Shown here piece by piece: positions 36,774 through 49,083 of a stretch of DNA of 64,000 bases. Position 1 is the first letter of the stretch, and each line of letters starts with the position of its first letter. This stretch comes from Microthyrium microscopicum (Eukaryota), in assembly GCA_010405405.1 (NCBI GenBank), contig MU004231.1, forward strand, positions 546,153-610,152, read 5' to 3'. The position numbers were made by a program, and so were the translations under genes. Under the pieces are notes generated by a model. The model ran no database searches, was not told where the DNA came from, and was given only the letters and a program-made list of their open reading frames with translations.

Positions 36774-38187
36774 GGCCCACGCCGGTGTACTAACTCACGG
36801 CGCAGGGACTAGGTAGCCCCTTTTCCCCTATCACCAAAATATTTGTATTATCTTCAAACATTAATTACTTAACTAAAATAGGTCGCAATAACTCTAAAAA
36901 ATAAGAATACGATACTCTTTAAAAAGCTCGTTTTATTAAAGCTTTAAAAAATAAAAAAAACTTCCCTTCTTTTAACGTTCTTTGCAAATCTAATAGAATT
37001 AATATATCTATATCTATAGGTTGCTATTAGGCTTTAGAATTTAAACAATACGATAAAGAAGCCTACTAAAGTATAAGGAAACAATCTACGAAGCTAGGAG
37101 CACCTAAATAAGTCTATAATAATAAGCTATAGGCTACTCTTAATTTATTATATCCTCTTTATTAAACACTCTACAAAGCAATACCCTTCTCCCTTAAAAA
37201 ACGAGCCCTTTAAAAGCAATTCTTAGCAATTAGAGCCTATAGGTATAAATGTTAAACTATAAAGAAGATATCTCCTAAAAATAAGCTACTTCATATTACC
37301 TATAAGGAGAGATATAAGGACGAAACTATTATAAGGTTCTAAAGAAACGTTTACTTTATAGATAAAGCCTATTTTAACTCTCTAAACCTAGTAAACTATT
37401 AGGATTATAAGATATTAAGGCTAGGCTATTCTAAGGATTAATTACCGCCTTAAGAACTTAACTAATCCTCTTTAAATATAACTCTTTACGTTATAGAGAG
37501 GGTATCCTATAGAAGGAAGGAATTCTTTAGCTTTTATAACGATTCTACTAAACTAACTCTTCTAAAGCCTTAAGTACTATTAAAACTATAACGAAGAAAG
37601 GTAGAAATAGAGGAATAGTTTAAATAATAATATTTAGATTACGAAGTAAGGAAACTACTAAAGATAAAGATAAAGCTAAAGGGCAACTTAATAACGTAGA
37701 AATTTTATATTAAGGAAATCCTACCAAAGCATATTAAAGAAATAAAAGCCTTTAAAGAGAAGTATAAGTACAAAATATAGTTTTAAGAGGACAATAATCT
37801 AAGTTATAGAATAAGGTCTAAAAAGAATATAGTAATTACCTACAAAACATAGGTAGGACTCTAAATTATTACTTATCCTACTTAATTACTAGATCTTAAT
37901 CCTATAGAAGCAGTTTAGAATATTATAAAGGGCAGATTATAAGGTAAATAGTTCTTAAATATTAATAATTTCAAAGTAGTAATTTAGGCTAAATAGCGAC
38001 AAGTAATAATTATAGAAATTTAGTAACGAATCTCTAAAATGCCTCAAAGGTGTATTAATATAATAAAGCAAGAAGGAGAGCGTTTAAAGTCTTTATTGTG
38101 GTAATAATCGATTTTATGTAGAATATAATATATTGATTTTTGATGTTGTGGCCCCTGCGCCATGAGTTAGTACACCGGCTGTGGGCC
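36774..38187 (+). mobile_element. RIP-inactivated Tc1/mariner (IS630-Tc1) DNA transposon
   Basis: About 35-bp terminal inverted repeats ggcccac(a)gccggtgtactaactca(c/t)ggcgcaggg at 36774-36807 and 38153-38187. The interior is extremely AT/TpA-rich with decayed transposase motifs F*EDNN (FQEDND) near 37785 and DLNPIEAV*NIIK (SPDLNPIE.VW) near 37892. Confidence 0.93.
36888..38104 (+). pseudogene. transposase remnant, multiple TAA/TAG stops
   Basis: EYDTL*KARF, YFIDKAYF, F*EDNN, DLNPIEAV* and EGERLKSLLW*. Stops sit where CAA/CAG/TGG codons are expected. Confidence 0.85.
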
Positions 38188-38200
38188 TCCTCAACAGCCC

Positions 38201-39124
38201 CTATTTCGCCTGTCCCAAATACTTACTCTGCATCGCCAACAAAACCGCCACCGCCATCGAATTCAAAGGCGTTGGCACACCTGCCCTCTTACCTGCGCGA
38301 ATAACAGCCCCATTCCTCGCCTCAACCTCCATCTCCTTCTCAGCCACCCGATCCGTCGCCATACTATTCAGCCCATCGCCCGGCTGCGTCTTCAACCTCA
38401 CCATAACCTCTTCCAAATAACCCGGCTCAATCTTCGCCCCAGCAGCATTACCAGCCGCGATAGTCTCCTGCACAATCCCATAGCTCACCTCCTCCATGCC
38501 CGGCAACTTAATCACGCTATTCGGCATTCCCGTCAACGCAGAAATGGCACCGGCCGCATTAATACACAATTTCTTCCACGCCGTCGTCAACCAATCGGCG
38601 CTAAGTTGTACATTTGCACCACTGTTCTCGAAGAGGGCTTTGAATTCTGCGCCCAGTGGTGTATCAGGAACAGCGAAAAGACCCCATTTCCACTGATGAA
38701 CACTCCCATCCTCCCTCTTCTCCGCCGGCAAATCAACCATCACCGGCAGTAAATTCTTCTGCTGCTCGGCGCTCAGGTACGGTGCAAAGCGCTCTGCCTG
38801 CTCCACGCCATTTTGGATTACGGCGATGCGTGTGTTGGGCCCGAGGAGGGAGGGGAACCAGGTGGATGCGCCCTCTACGTGGTAGGCTTTGGTGCTGATT
38901 AGTAGCCAGTCGACTGGTCGTGGTTCACATGGTGGAGCAGTGAGGTTTTCGCCCTCAACGTGGACTGGGCCGGTTGGTGTGTTTACGAGAATTGGCGTTT
39001 GAATTGGGCGTCGAGTGCAAAAAAGGACTTTGGTGTCGTTTGGAGTGGCATTTTTCATGATTTGGAAGGACGCTGCGGTCGCGGAGCCGATTGCGCCGAC
39101 GCCGACTACTGCTATTGTTGGCAT
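38201..39124 (-). CDS. 2-dehydropantoate 2-reductase (ApbA/PanE family), bacterial-like
   Basis: GVGAIG Rossmann motif, STKAY, IQNGVE, WKKLCINA, SMATD, EVEARNG and GVPTPLN; intronless 307 aa. Confidence 0.92.
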   Translation of the reverse strand: MPTIAVVGVGAIGSATAASFQIMKNATPNDTKVLFCTRRPIQTPILVNTPTGPVHVEGENLTAPPCEPRPVDWLLISTKAYHVEGASTWFPSLLGPNTRIAVIQNGVEQAERFAPYLSAEQQKNLLPVMVDLPAEKREDGSVHQWKWGLFAVPDTPLGAEFKALFENSGANVQLSADWLTTAWKKLCINAAGAISALTGMPNSVIKLPGMEEVSYGIVQETIAAGNAAGAKIEPGYLEEVMVRLKTQPGDGLNSMATDRVAEKEMEVEARNGAVIRAGKRAGVPTPLNSMAVAVLLAMQSKYLGQAK

Positions 39125-40334
39125 TTTGAGTTTTGATATCCCGAGTCGATGGAGCTTGGCAGAGAGAAGTCGTTCGTTCCGGGTCTGCGATGCTGAAGTG
39201 AAGTTACCGGCTGAGATGGATAAGTCGATGGTGACTCAGGCGATCATCCCCGCGATTACCTTACCTCGTTAGTAGCTCTGTAGATGGCCGAGGTAATTCG
39301 GTTCATCAGCAGCTCCCTGATCAGGAAGAAAGATTATTGTTGATGGTGTCCATGTGGTATTCGAAGACCTACCCCTTCTCTACGCGGTCATGAACACGTA
39401 CAATGCATGATTTGGATAGACTGTTCTGAAATAGAAGACGTCGGGACCTAGGTAGCGTCTCCAAAGATGCATACCATATGTCGACGGATTTCGTTTCCTC
39501 GAGCTCAAAAAGTGTCAGTGTACACTTTTCAGGTCTTGACAACAACCTGGCAACCATGGTTCTCAGGTAAACAAATAATTCAGCAGGGAAAAGACCAGTA
39601 GCATGGGCTGCACGACTGGATTCTGGTGTTGTGTAACGGTTTACAGCCTCGGACAGCGAGTGTCCAGCCATGGCAATTCTGATGTTAAATGAATAGCATG
39701 CTGCAAAATCATACTGGTCTGCACTGATGGAACTGTACAGTCAGAAGAAGTTATGCTTGGAGGCAAATTACCCCTGAATTGAATGTTGTCCAGCCTCCAC
39801 GTTTTTCAGAAAAGCAGGAACGGCTGCAAAAGCACTCGACCAATCGGGCCGTGCCATGAGATCCCGGTTTAGCCGCCTTAACGCGGTTAGTGTCAGTTTC
39901 CAGGCTGGGAAGCTGCAAGCCACCTTTGGGACCTTTGGCAAGCACGAGCCAGCAAGCACCCACTGCTCCTGCCTCTAACCACGGAAACACCTTTCGCACC
40001 TCCTTCGTCGACATCCGCATCTTGCAATTTTTGGTATACTCTTCTGCATGTATCGGACTGCATACGTCTTCTCTGTCTCACCAATTCTTCCGCTTCTTGA
40101 AGACCACATATACCCTCATTATTGACTAGGCACACGTCTGTCCCCTCTTAGCCGCGCAATTAATCTCGAGGCTGCTGCCCAGCGCAACGTTGTGGAGTCT
40201 CACTCTCCAGCCGCCACCAAACCTCATCTCCAGCCATCGCAAATCATCCGGACCAACCACCTTAGCTGCCCCTGCTGTCCCATAAATCCCAACCAAGCAT
40301 TCCTCCCATCTTCAGCTTCTCTCCTCTTTCCAAA

Positions 40335-41461
40335 ATGTTCTTCAAACGCTTGTCTCGAAGCTCAAGAACGAATTCCTACGCTGACGACGAGTACGACCAT
40401 CGGCCCCGCTCTGAAGAGAAGTTCTTGCAAGACCACTATCCACAACACCACAACAACTCTCCTCGCCAATCCTCTCTTCAACATAACATCGCTCCTCCTT
40501 CGCCTACAACTGGAAAAGAAGGCACTCGCGACATGTATCCTCGACAACACTCACACGTACCCCAGGAGCCTTACAGCTCCCGCGGTGTTGCGATGAACGG
40601 CGGTTCGAGACAAAACTCGGCGGCCTTTGAGACAGCACCGCCACCATCATCTGGCGGCAAGATCGAGGCAGCTCCTGATAGCCTCATGAGAGCCTTCAAC
40701 GATGCCATTCGACCTCACCAAGATAAAATCGAAAATCTCGAGGCTGAACTGGCCGATCTGCGAGTATGGGTCGACCAATTAGAGCAGCAGCGAGCTGAGA
40801 TGTACGCATGGATAGATAAGAGAGGTCTCCGACCAGGTATCTGCAAATCCTCGATTTCAATGCGAAATCCCAAACTAACAAACTCCCAGATGTCCCACCA
40901 TCAATTGCAAAAGTCATGGACGCCCAGCCCGAGTCCGCTGCCGCCCTAAATGCCCAACTCGACCGCAAAATCACCATCGTCAACTTTGACCTCCACCGTC
41001 TCCAAGACGATCTCAACGACAGCATCTCCAGCTCACACTTCGCCTCCGCCATGTCGAAATTCCTCCCTGACATTTCTCGCCTCTCTGCGCTTCCTAGTGG
41101 CGCTCGCTGTGCTTTTGATCTCATCCTCAAACTCGGCGGCAACCTCAACTCACACGGCGGCGTCGACCCGGCCACAAACACACCCGAAGCTCAAGCTGAT
41201 CTCGCAGCACGCCGCGAGTTTTACGCCAAGCTCGACACAGCCATGGTCGATGTCGTACGGCGCCGCTTCCAGGATGGCGAAGACTGGCCTGTGCAACGCG
41301 AGATCAAGCGCATCGAAAAGACAGCCGCATATCTCAAGAACTTTGGCATCGAGCCATACTTCCCAGGCACACTAGACGCCATGCGTCGAGAAGTCGAATT
41401 TAGACACGCAGCGCCGCAGGGCGGACCTCCACCACCGGCTGGTTCGCCGCCAAAGTATTAA
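40335..41461 (+). CDS. fungal hypothetical protein with coiled coil
   Basis: Two ORFs joined by intron 40837-40889 (...WIDKRGLRP|DVPPSIAK...AQLDRKITIVNFDLHRLQDDL); strongly biased codon usage. Confidence 0.85.
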
Positions 41462-42540
41462 AACTCATCTTCTTTTCTTCTCGCAGTGACACAGAAAAGC
41501 TTCGAGTCTCTTTTTCAGTAGAACTTTAATCCATGATGGAGTTTTGGGTGTTGCTTGGCATTAGCTGAGTTGGGCATTGGTTCACTCTTGAGAGGGAGGT
41601 TGATTTGTATATTGGGATCAAAAATCTTTGTGTTGGCAATTGCATATCACGGCAGTTGTGAAAGGGACTTTTTGGTAATTAAACACACTCCTGTAATAGC
41701 GAGGTAATTCTACCGTTGTATGTATATAGCTTATTCATGATGTCGAAATTCAAGATATATCATAATCATTTCTCTTTCATGGCTATCTATTGTGGTTGCT
41801 GAGATGTCATCGTGCTTCATCACGGTCACTGAGCGAGCGGGACCTATACAGCTATGAAATTGTCGTTTCGAAGGCATTTGAGAGAGACATTCGAGAAAGA
41901 CAGTTCTATATCACGGCACCACTGAAAAATTGTATATGCAAAACTATTTATTGATGAACTTTTAGAGTGTCTAAGGCTAGTACAGACTCTCTGTGGTGGA
42001 GAAAGGGGCAAAGCAAAACTGGTATGAGAAAAGTGTAAACAAACCCCTTTTTTCGGTGACCAGGGTTATAACAAGCAACAGGTGGACAAAATCAATGGTA
42101 CACCCCCCGAGTGCTTCATTTCTTGTGGAGTTCGTGAAACCCTCAATTGCCTCAAAACAATATGAGAATGGAAGGGTATTTTCATCATGAAGAGCAATGG
42201 GAGACATTCCGCTTGATTAAACGAGGGCCATTCAGCTCGCTGGGTGGTGATAGGCAGGACAAGCCTAGCTCAACGTGGGCGAATGTTTTTTTTGTGCTTT
42301 CTCCTGTTTTCCTGGTGTAGGTGATTGTTGGGTGGGTGAGTTGAAGGGGCTGCTGCTTTGTATGGAAGATGAAGGTATTCCAATGTTGTGCTGAGAGTGT
42401 TGTGGTGGTGTGGGAAGTTGAAGGGACGAACTGGAAGGGGCTTCCTTCGGGTTGCTGAGACTTGACAATTTGTTCACAAGACGGAGAGTGCTCGAAAGGT
42501 ATGTTAATATAGCCGGTCGAAGTGCTTCCCTGGAAGCATT

Positions 42541-43765
42541 TCATTTCCTCTTTGGCTCGTGAAGTCTCCAGCGCTGCTCGGACTCCATCCATCGATAATG
42601 CGACTTTTGAAATTTCCCGCAGAGTCTCTTGCCCTTCACTATCTGTAGAAGGCGGTACGCAGTAGGGTACGCCTCAATCGCTGGATTTTTTTCGAAGCCG
42701 TCTATAGGTTTACCATTCGCATCGATGAAGCATGCGTCTTCCAATTGACTCTGCAGTGTCTTCATGAACTGACCATCAGGTGACTCGCTACGGTCTATGA
42801 TGCTTTCGCGAATCTCTTCGGACTTGGCTTGGAACACCTTCGCTTGTTTCTGTCTCTCGTTCACGAATGCTTGACCCTCAGCTCCGAACTCTATAGGTCT
42901 GAAGAGATAAGAATTGGCCATTTTTTTGAACTGCTTTTTGGTGCGCAATGCGTTATCGGCCGTTCGCTGATAGGCGCATGAATCAAGTCGAGCATGCAGG
43001 CATGCAAGTACATCATACCAAGGAGTTGCCATTGGTGTCAAGCCAGTGGCTTCTGACAGTATCTCTTCCAGCTCCGTCTCAGCAACATCGCCATCTTCAA
43101 TGCATTCATTGTTGTCGACCAAATATCGCACGTCTCGCCTAAGAAAGGGCCCATGAGAAATAGACTGTAGATAAATATCTTTAACAACCATTTCTTTCAG
43201 CGACGGAAACAATTTGCGCAGCTTTGAGAAGGGCGGTTGAGCAAAGCCAGCACTTGGTGGTCGTCTAAGCAAAAGCTTTGTAACCTTTCGAGCAAATCCT
43301 AGATCAAACCCATGCTTATGACATGGCTGGTTGATGCTCAGGTGTCGGCCGTCGATTTCATCTTTTGCCTCAAGTCTTTCAATGAGCTCATTACTTTGTC
43401 CCCACGCATTATTGCAACGAGCATAAGGAGCGTAAACCGCCAAGTTCTGCGACTTTACGGAGAAGTACCGATTGGTAAAGCATTCGTTGTTGACTTCATC
43501 ACGCATTCGGTGGTTGGTGTTCCGAAGATTGCGAATAGTCTTGCCATCGCATTGGTCATATATCATGAATCGAAGCTCTGCACAAATTTTGAAGAAGTCC
43601 CAGTTGGGATCCACTACTATAACGATTAGGTTTGCATGAAGATGGACAGTGAATTGGTCACTCACCTGATGAGGCTGCAGGCTCAGTAGTCTTGATCTTG
43701 TGGGCTTTCATCATAAGTCTCTGGACTGCGTGACTTCTTGTTTGCTTTCGAACAGCCATGTTCAT
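42541..43765 (-). CDS. F-box-like tandem family, copy 1
   Basis: FFKICAELRFMIYDQCDGKTIRNLRNT...EVNNECF..RYF, FDLGFA, LFPSLKE, LTPMATPWYD, LQSQLEDACF, YPTA and YRWMESEQRWRL; one short intron near 43617-43665. Confidence 0.8.
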
Positions 43766-44447
43766 GTCAGATTGTTCAATTTCAAGCTCAAAGCTGGTGG
43801 AACCAAGCAAATGTGATGTCCAGTGAGGACTTCGAGAGCTCAAGTACTTCCGTGGAGTGTGATAGAGAAGCCACTGGCTGTAGACAATCGAGATGGGTTG
43901 CAGGGAAGAGACTCGTGTTATGGGAGATATGTAGAAACAAAATCGAAGGCAGCAGAGGGTGTGGAAGAGTGTGTGATGGAGACAAACTGGTGGGAGGATA
44001 GACTTTATAGGCTCATAGTCTTCCTCAGTCACTTCTCGAATTCAGTGGAAGTGATGCTCAATATTCATACCCTGAGCTGACTTTGTGATGATCTTCAGCT
44101 CTCACAGAATCGCAAGTCCCAGTTGGAATGATCTCCCTCAGTACCTCAAGTCAGGTTGCCTATTGAGGAAGGCGCTGGAGCAAATCGATGGACAGTACGA
44201 TGGACTGAGAAAATGATTGACGTGCTGAAGCGGTGCCATGTTAGCCATGATTTAGTTAGAAGAACAACGTATCAACAGAATTTTTGGGGATTGGAGTCTT
44301 GATACTGGAGTGAGATAGATCGGCCACATGCGGATAACTGGATTTACGTCAAATATTTAGTCTAGCAGATAAGCGGCTCAAAGTCGTTGCAGGTGACTTC
44401 GCAATGTAGAAAGAGGCATTCATTCGCTATCAAGTCTAGAAGATCAT

Positions 44448-45710
44448 CTACGGACGAGGTATTTCTTGGCTAGCAGATTTCGAATCTTTGCCATTGCTGG
44501 GAAGCCTCCACCGCTGTTCGGATTCCACCCACGTATATGGTGATGCTGAGAAATCTCGAAATACTTCTTTTTTCATCATCATATCAACCAAGCCCTCAGC
44601 AGTAGGAAACCCAGTGATGGCTGGGTAGTGAGTCAGATTGTCGATAGGCTGTCCGTGTTCGTCAAGAAAGCAAGCGTCTTCAAGCTGCTTCTGCAGCTTC
44701 TGAACACATTCCGGGTCTGTCTGCAATGAATTTTGTAGTGCTTGCACCAACTTCTGGAGTCTACCCTCAAGGAAGGGCTCGGAGAATCGTATGCTTTTGA
44801 GTCTCGATGCAACTTTCCTTCTTGTCCCGTCAGAACGTAGACCTGACAGGTTGGACTGAGCCCGTCCGGTGACATATCCTGTTAAGATAGACATGGTAGC
44901 ATCATCCATGGGTCCTTGGGACTCTTTCAACAAAGCATCTTTGACCCTGTTGTGGTTGAGTCGTTCTAATCCAAAGTAGTCAAAGATGAAAAGGCTTTCA
45001 GTTGGGTGGGATATCTCTTCTCTGAGGGCATTCATCCAGGATGTCCATTCCAGCTTGTTTTCCTGCAGCCTTTCGTTGAGACGACGGAATTGCCAGATAC
45101 CATACAGAAGGCTTCCCATCACAGGCAGATTGACCGCCGCACTGACAGAGCATGCCATGAACCCATTCCATTCTGCAGTAGACTTCGAACGAATGGTGTA
45201 CCAGTCAACTGACGGACTCTGAGCTGACATGACGCATGTCTTCCGAGTTTCTGAAATCCAAAAGATCGCCTCTTTTAGGTTGGGAAATAATCGTTGCAAG
45301 AATGGCCAACTGTAGGAATGTTCGTGAGTTTGGAGCCTTACCATCAACTTGGTGACATCCTTGGCGAACGTGAGGTCGAATGGTTTCAAGCAATTCATTT
45401 TCTTTTCAACAGACCAAAATTCAAGGAAATGTGCTCCCGGTCCATTCAGGATGTGTTCAGTCATTGCTGTCTTGCCGCTCCACAACATATGGTTGCCAGT
45501 GTATACGTTCAAGGTTGTATCTGTAACTTTGAAATATCGATATGCGACACAGTACTCGTTGATCTCTGCTCGCATGTCCTTCCCCGTGTTTCGCAGATGC
45601 CGCAAAGATTTGCCGTCACATTCGTCATATATCATATAGCGTACACATCTGCTGAGAGAGGAGAGAGTGCAGCCTACGTCTAAAAATTGAGATTTGTTAG
45701 TCTCTGGCAT
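44448..45710 (-). CDS. F-box-like tandem family, copy 2
   Basis: VRYMIYDECDGKSLRHLRNTG...EINEYC..RYF, FDLTFA, LFPNLKE, LQKQLEDACF, FPTAEG and YTWVESEQRWRL. Confidence 0.82.
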   Translation of the reverse strand: MPETNKSQFLDVGCTLSSLSRCVRYMIYDECDGKSLRHLRNTGKDMRAEINEYCVAYRYFKVTDTTLNVYTGNHMLWSGKTAMTEHILNGPGAHFLEFWSVEKKMNCLKPFDLTFAKDVTKLMVRLQTHEHSYSWPFLQRLFPNLKEAIFWISETRKTCVMSAQSPSVDWYTIRSKSTAEWNGFMACSVSAAVNLPVMGSLLYGIWQFRRLNERLQENKLEWTSWMNALREEISHPTESLFIFDYFGLERLNHNRVKDALLKESQGPMDDATMSILTGYVTGRAQSNLSGLRSDGTRRKVASRLKSIRFSEPFLEGRLQKLVQALQNSLQTDPECVQKLQKQLEDACFLDEHGQPIDNLTHYPAITGFPTAEGLVDMMMKKEVFRDFSASPYTWVESEQRWRLPSNGKDSKSASQEIPRP

Positions 45711-46569
45711 TAAGAAAAGTAGAGGGTTCTATCTTACTGCGTGGGAAGACGGGCGCACCATCTTTAATCCGACTTGCAAATCCAAGATCCGTATGATGAG
45801 TATGATGAGTAGCCATTCTGGTGAGGGGGGCGAGTTAGAAGATGGCGAAGATTTAGAGATTGGGAATGGAATTTGATACGGGAGTGTTATTAAAAGTTAA
45901 ATAGTGGATAGTATCGCTCTCCTATTTACGATTTCTGACGAAGTGAAGTTTCGAGTCTGAACGGAATTGTCGTTGAGCTTCAGCTTCAGAGGCACTCTTG
46001 CTCCATTTAGAAGTAGCTCCGTCATTCTTCCAAGTGACAAAGTTTGATACCGTGGCAGCTGAGAGTACTAAAATTTGACTTTCATTAGTTTAGATCAATT
46101 TGAAATAATTTGAAATAAGTCAGTACAAACTCAGTGACTGAACTGTTATCGGACCGGGCAACGGGAGAAGAAAACCATCGGATTATATTCACCCACAGTG
46201 TACGATGTCCTTTATCAATTGCCATGTTCAACTGAGTCTTTCATTTGCCATGAAAGGCATTTGAGCTTAGAACTCATATCAAGTGCAACGGGAAATCTCG
46301 CATTATCTAACTAAAAGAGATGGTGGTAGCCATCGAATTGCACAGGAGTATGCCGTTGATTTCGCCAGTCATATGCCTGTCTAAACGTTCCAACCAGTAT
46401 TTCACAAAGTAGCTCGATAAATGGAGCTGAGGACTTTCTATCTGAGCAGCGAGCTTGAGCAGCACAATTGGTTGCTTTCCAATGCTGGTTTCATCCATGT
46501 CAACGCGAAAGAATTGATTTCTAACTTATATCATCGAAGTTGATGCTTCTCTGAGCAGCTGAAGGAACA

Positions 46570-48210
46570 TCACCCGGGTCTGCTGCCGTACAGGACCCGC
46601 CGTTTTGCAGCCCTGCGCTTTGGAGTGACTTAGTTCCTTCTGACGATCGTAGGCCGTGGACGAGGTAATTTCTAGCGTAATAAGGATGGGTACCAAACGT
46701 AATGACTATTGGGGAACCGACGACGAGACCACTGGCGTCTATTGATCATGTTCATGAATCCTTCGGCCGTGGGATATGTCTTAACAGAAGGCCCACCCGA
46801 GAACGGGGGGTTATTACCTGTGTCAGGGTCATTGAAAAGACTTCCGCCCCAACCTCCAAAGAAGGCGTCTTCAAGTTGGCTCTGAAGCTTATCCCTAAAC
46901 AATTGAGCATCTCTCTCAATATCATCTTCTAAGTGTATATGAGTGCGGTCCGCACTGCGTCGCAGGCTCTCTTTGGCTCTTTCTAGTCTTCCAAGAGCTT
47001 CGTCGTATCTTCCATCTAGGACTTTATTCTTTTTCTGTAAATGCTTTCGTCTCTTCGTTACAAAGTTGATAGCCGCTTGATGTTGCATTTTCTTAATTTG
47101 ATACTTGCTTTCCAGTTTGCAGTAAGCCATGAAATCATACCAAGGACTTGCGAGGGGCGTCAGCTTAACCGCGTCGTTCCATATGAATCTGACCTCCCTC
47201 TCCGTAAGCCATTTAGAGGGCTGAAGAGTGCCTTCATCGAATTCGTCATAGAAATTGACCAAAGAATAATAATGCGCAGAGCTTTCGAAAAATGCGAACT
47301 CTCTCAGATTAGGGAACATCCGTCTGAGCCAGATCAATTGTCGCATATCTCCGGTTAAGCTATGATTTATGCCATAAAGCTGCCAGGGGACCACGGGTCG
47401 ATTCCTGATCTGGCTGTACCTACGATCAACGTAAAAGACAAGTTTTCTCACATGACTCGCAAAAGCCAGGTCAAAGGCATGTTTCCAATCTTCGTCTACT
47501 GGCTCTTCAACGGTAGATCTTTGTGGTCTCAGGTCGCTAGTTGGAAACCAAAAGTTGAAGTCCTGATCGGATTCTGTATTTTGTCAGTCAAAGTCAACGA
47601 ATATCAGCAGTACATTGTATAGTCGTCGTCAAATTTCAAGTGTCAGAAGACCGCCATGACCTCCTATGCCATGGAGACTGTACCAACGAAGGACCTACGA
47701 GTGCCTTGGTGGTTTCAGCAGTAGGTGAAGTAGAGGTTGCAAAATGTTTGCTAGGGGAAGATTTCATATGGCTTTTGTAAAGATCACTCACCTGCCTCAT
47801 AGTTGTTGAGAATATTTACAGCCTCCTCGTTGCAACATCTATGTACATCTACGTTCTTCAAGTCGTCACCGGACATTGACCAGCCTCCTTTATAGATGTC
47901 AGTGTGCCGAAAATATGGCTCAAGCATTTTTTCATCAAGGATAAAGAAGCGATTTCGAAAGCAGTATTCGTTGATTTCCTTGCGAAGGACACCACTGCCC
48001 GCATTGCGAAGTTTGCATCTCAATGGGCAGTCGAGGCAAGGGTCGAAACATGGCTCCACGATTCTTATGAATGTCCTCTGATTCGACAGGAGAATCATTT
48101 GAATTGTTAGGACCACTAGACTCGGATGGACCAATCGTGTGGGTCGCAGAGTCAGCATCGTTTGACTCAGAAGAGCCGACCGGGCTGGTGGTGGCGTTTG
48201 ACTCGCTCAT
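46570..48210 (-). pseudogene. F-box-like tandem family, copy 3 (frameshift plus two premature stops)
   Basis: Frameshift/deletion near 48020 removes the MIWD segment. An intron of about 215 nt follows. TAG at 46672-46674 replaces the conserved W (LR*KLPR vs ERWRLPPR) and a TAA lies at 46630-46632. Confidence 0.75.
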
Positions 48211-49083
48211 GTGGCGTCTAGATCCTCGAAATATATCACTGGCTTGAATCCAAGATATGAGAGACTTTAAAAAGAAGGATCGAAGTGGGGATCGATGCAC
48301 CAATCTAAATCGTGGAAACAAATACTCATAAAAAGGACATTGACGCATCAGGACTTCAAATAGCGCAGAAGAAGAACAAAGAACTAGTCTAAATGGTCCA
48401 TAACCAGTCATTGTACTTCTACAAACGAGTATCTAGTACACATACTGTTTGATATTGAACCTGCGGAGATTAGAACTAGAATACTCTTTAGAATGAAGAC
48501 AACGCGATTGTCCCGGTAGCGCAGCATGTTCGCCGGATTGCCCAGGAGCTTTTATGTAGCATATACCCCAAACTTTGGCTAGTCTAGTCTTTGTTGTTTG
48601 ATTTGATAAACAGTTTTAGTAATTCGATAGAGCTTGGTAAACGATTAACTACCTATTCGTAAAGTGATTTGATTCAGCCATGCGTTCCAACGTCAGATCT
48701 GATCGAAGCTATATTGATGAAATATCAGAACGAATATGTAGCCCTTTCCGGCTTTTGCTACCTTCCACGCAGATAAATACTAAATGCAGTTTCTATAAAT
48801 CGATATTACGTCCTTGGACGCTTTTCGTTCCCCACCGCCTTGTGAGGTGCAAGTGATCCATAAATTGGCCCTAGTGAAGTACAAGCCCATGTTCCGGTGG
48901 TATCGTGGATATATCCCGTAGAATAGCAGATAGGTTATCCTTTTGTGAGAAGGTTCCCGCCAATATGTGCCTACATACCTACCTCCTGTTAGGCTAATGA
49001 ACATACACGTTGGACCACCTAGGTACCTGCGCGCAGTATCAAAGTTGATACCACTAGATCTAAAGTCACATCATTCGACACTT

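Noticed and set aside
36800..38150. AT-rich island as NUMT, contamination or centromere
   Set aside because: Bounded by TIRs and contains decayed Tc1 transposase motifs, so RIP explains it.
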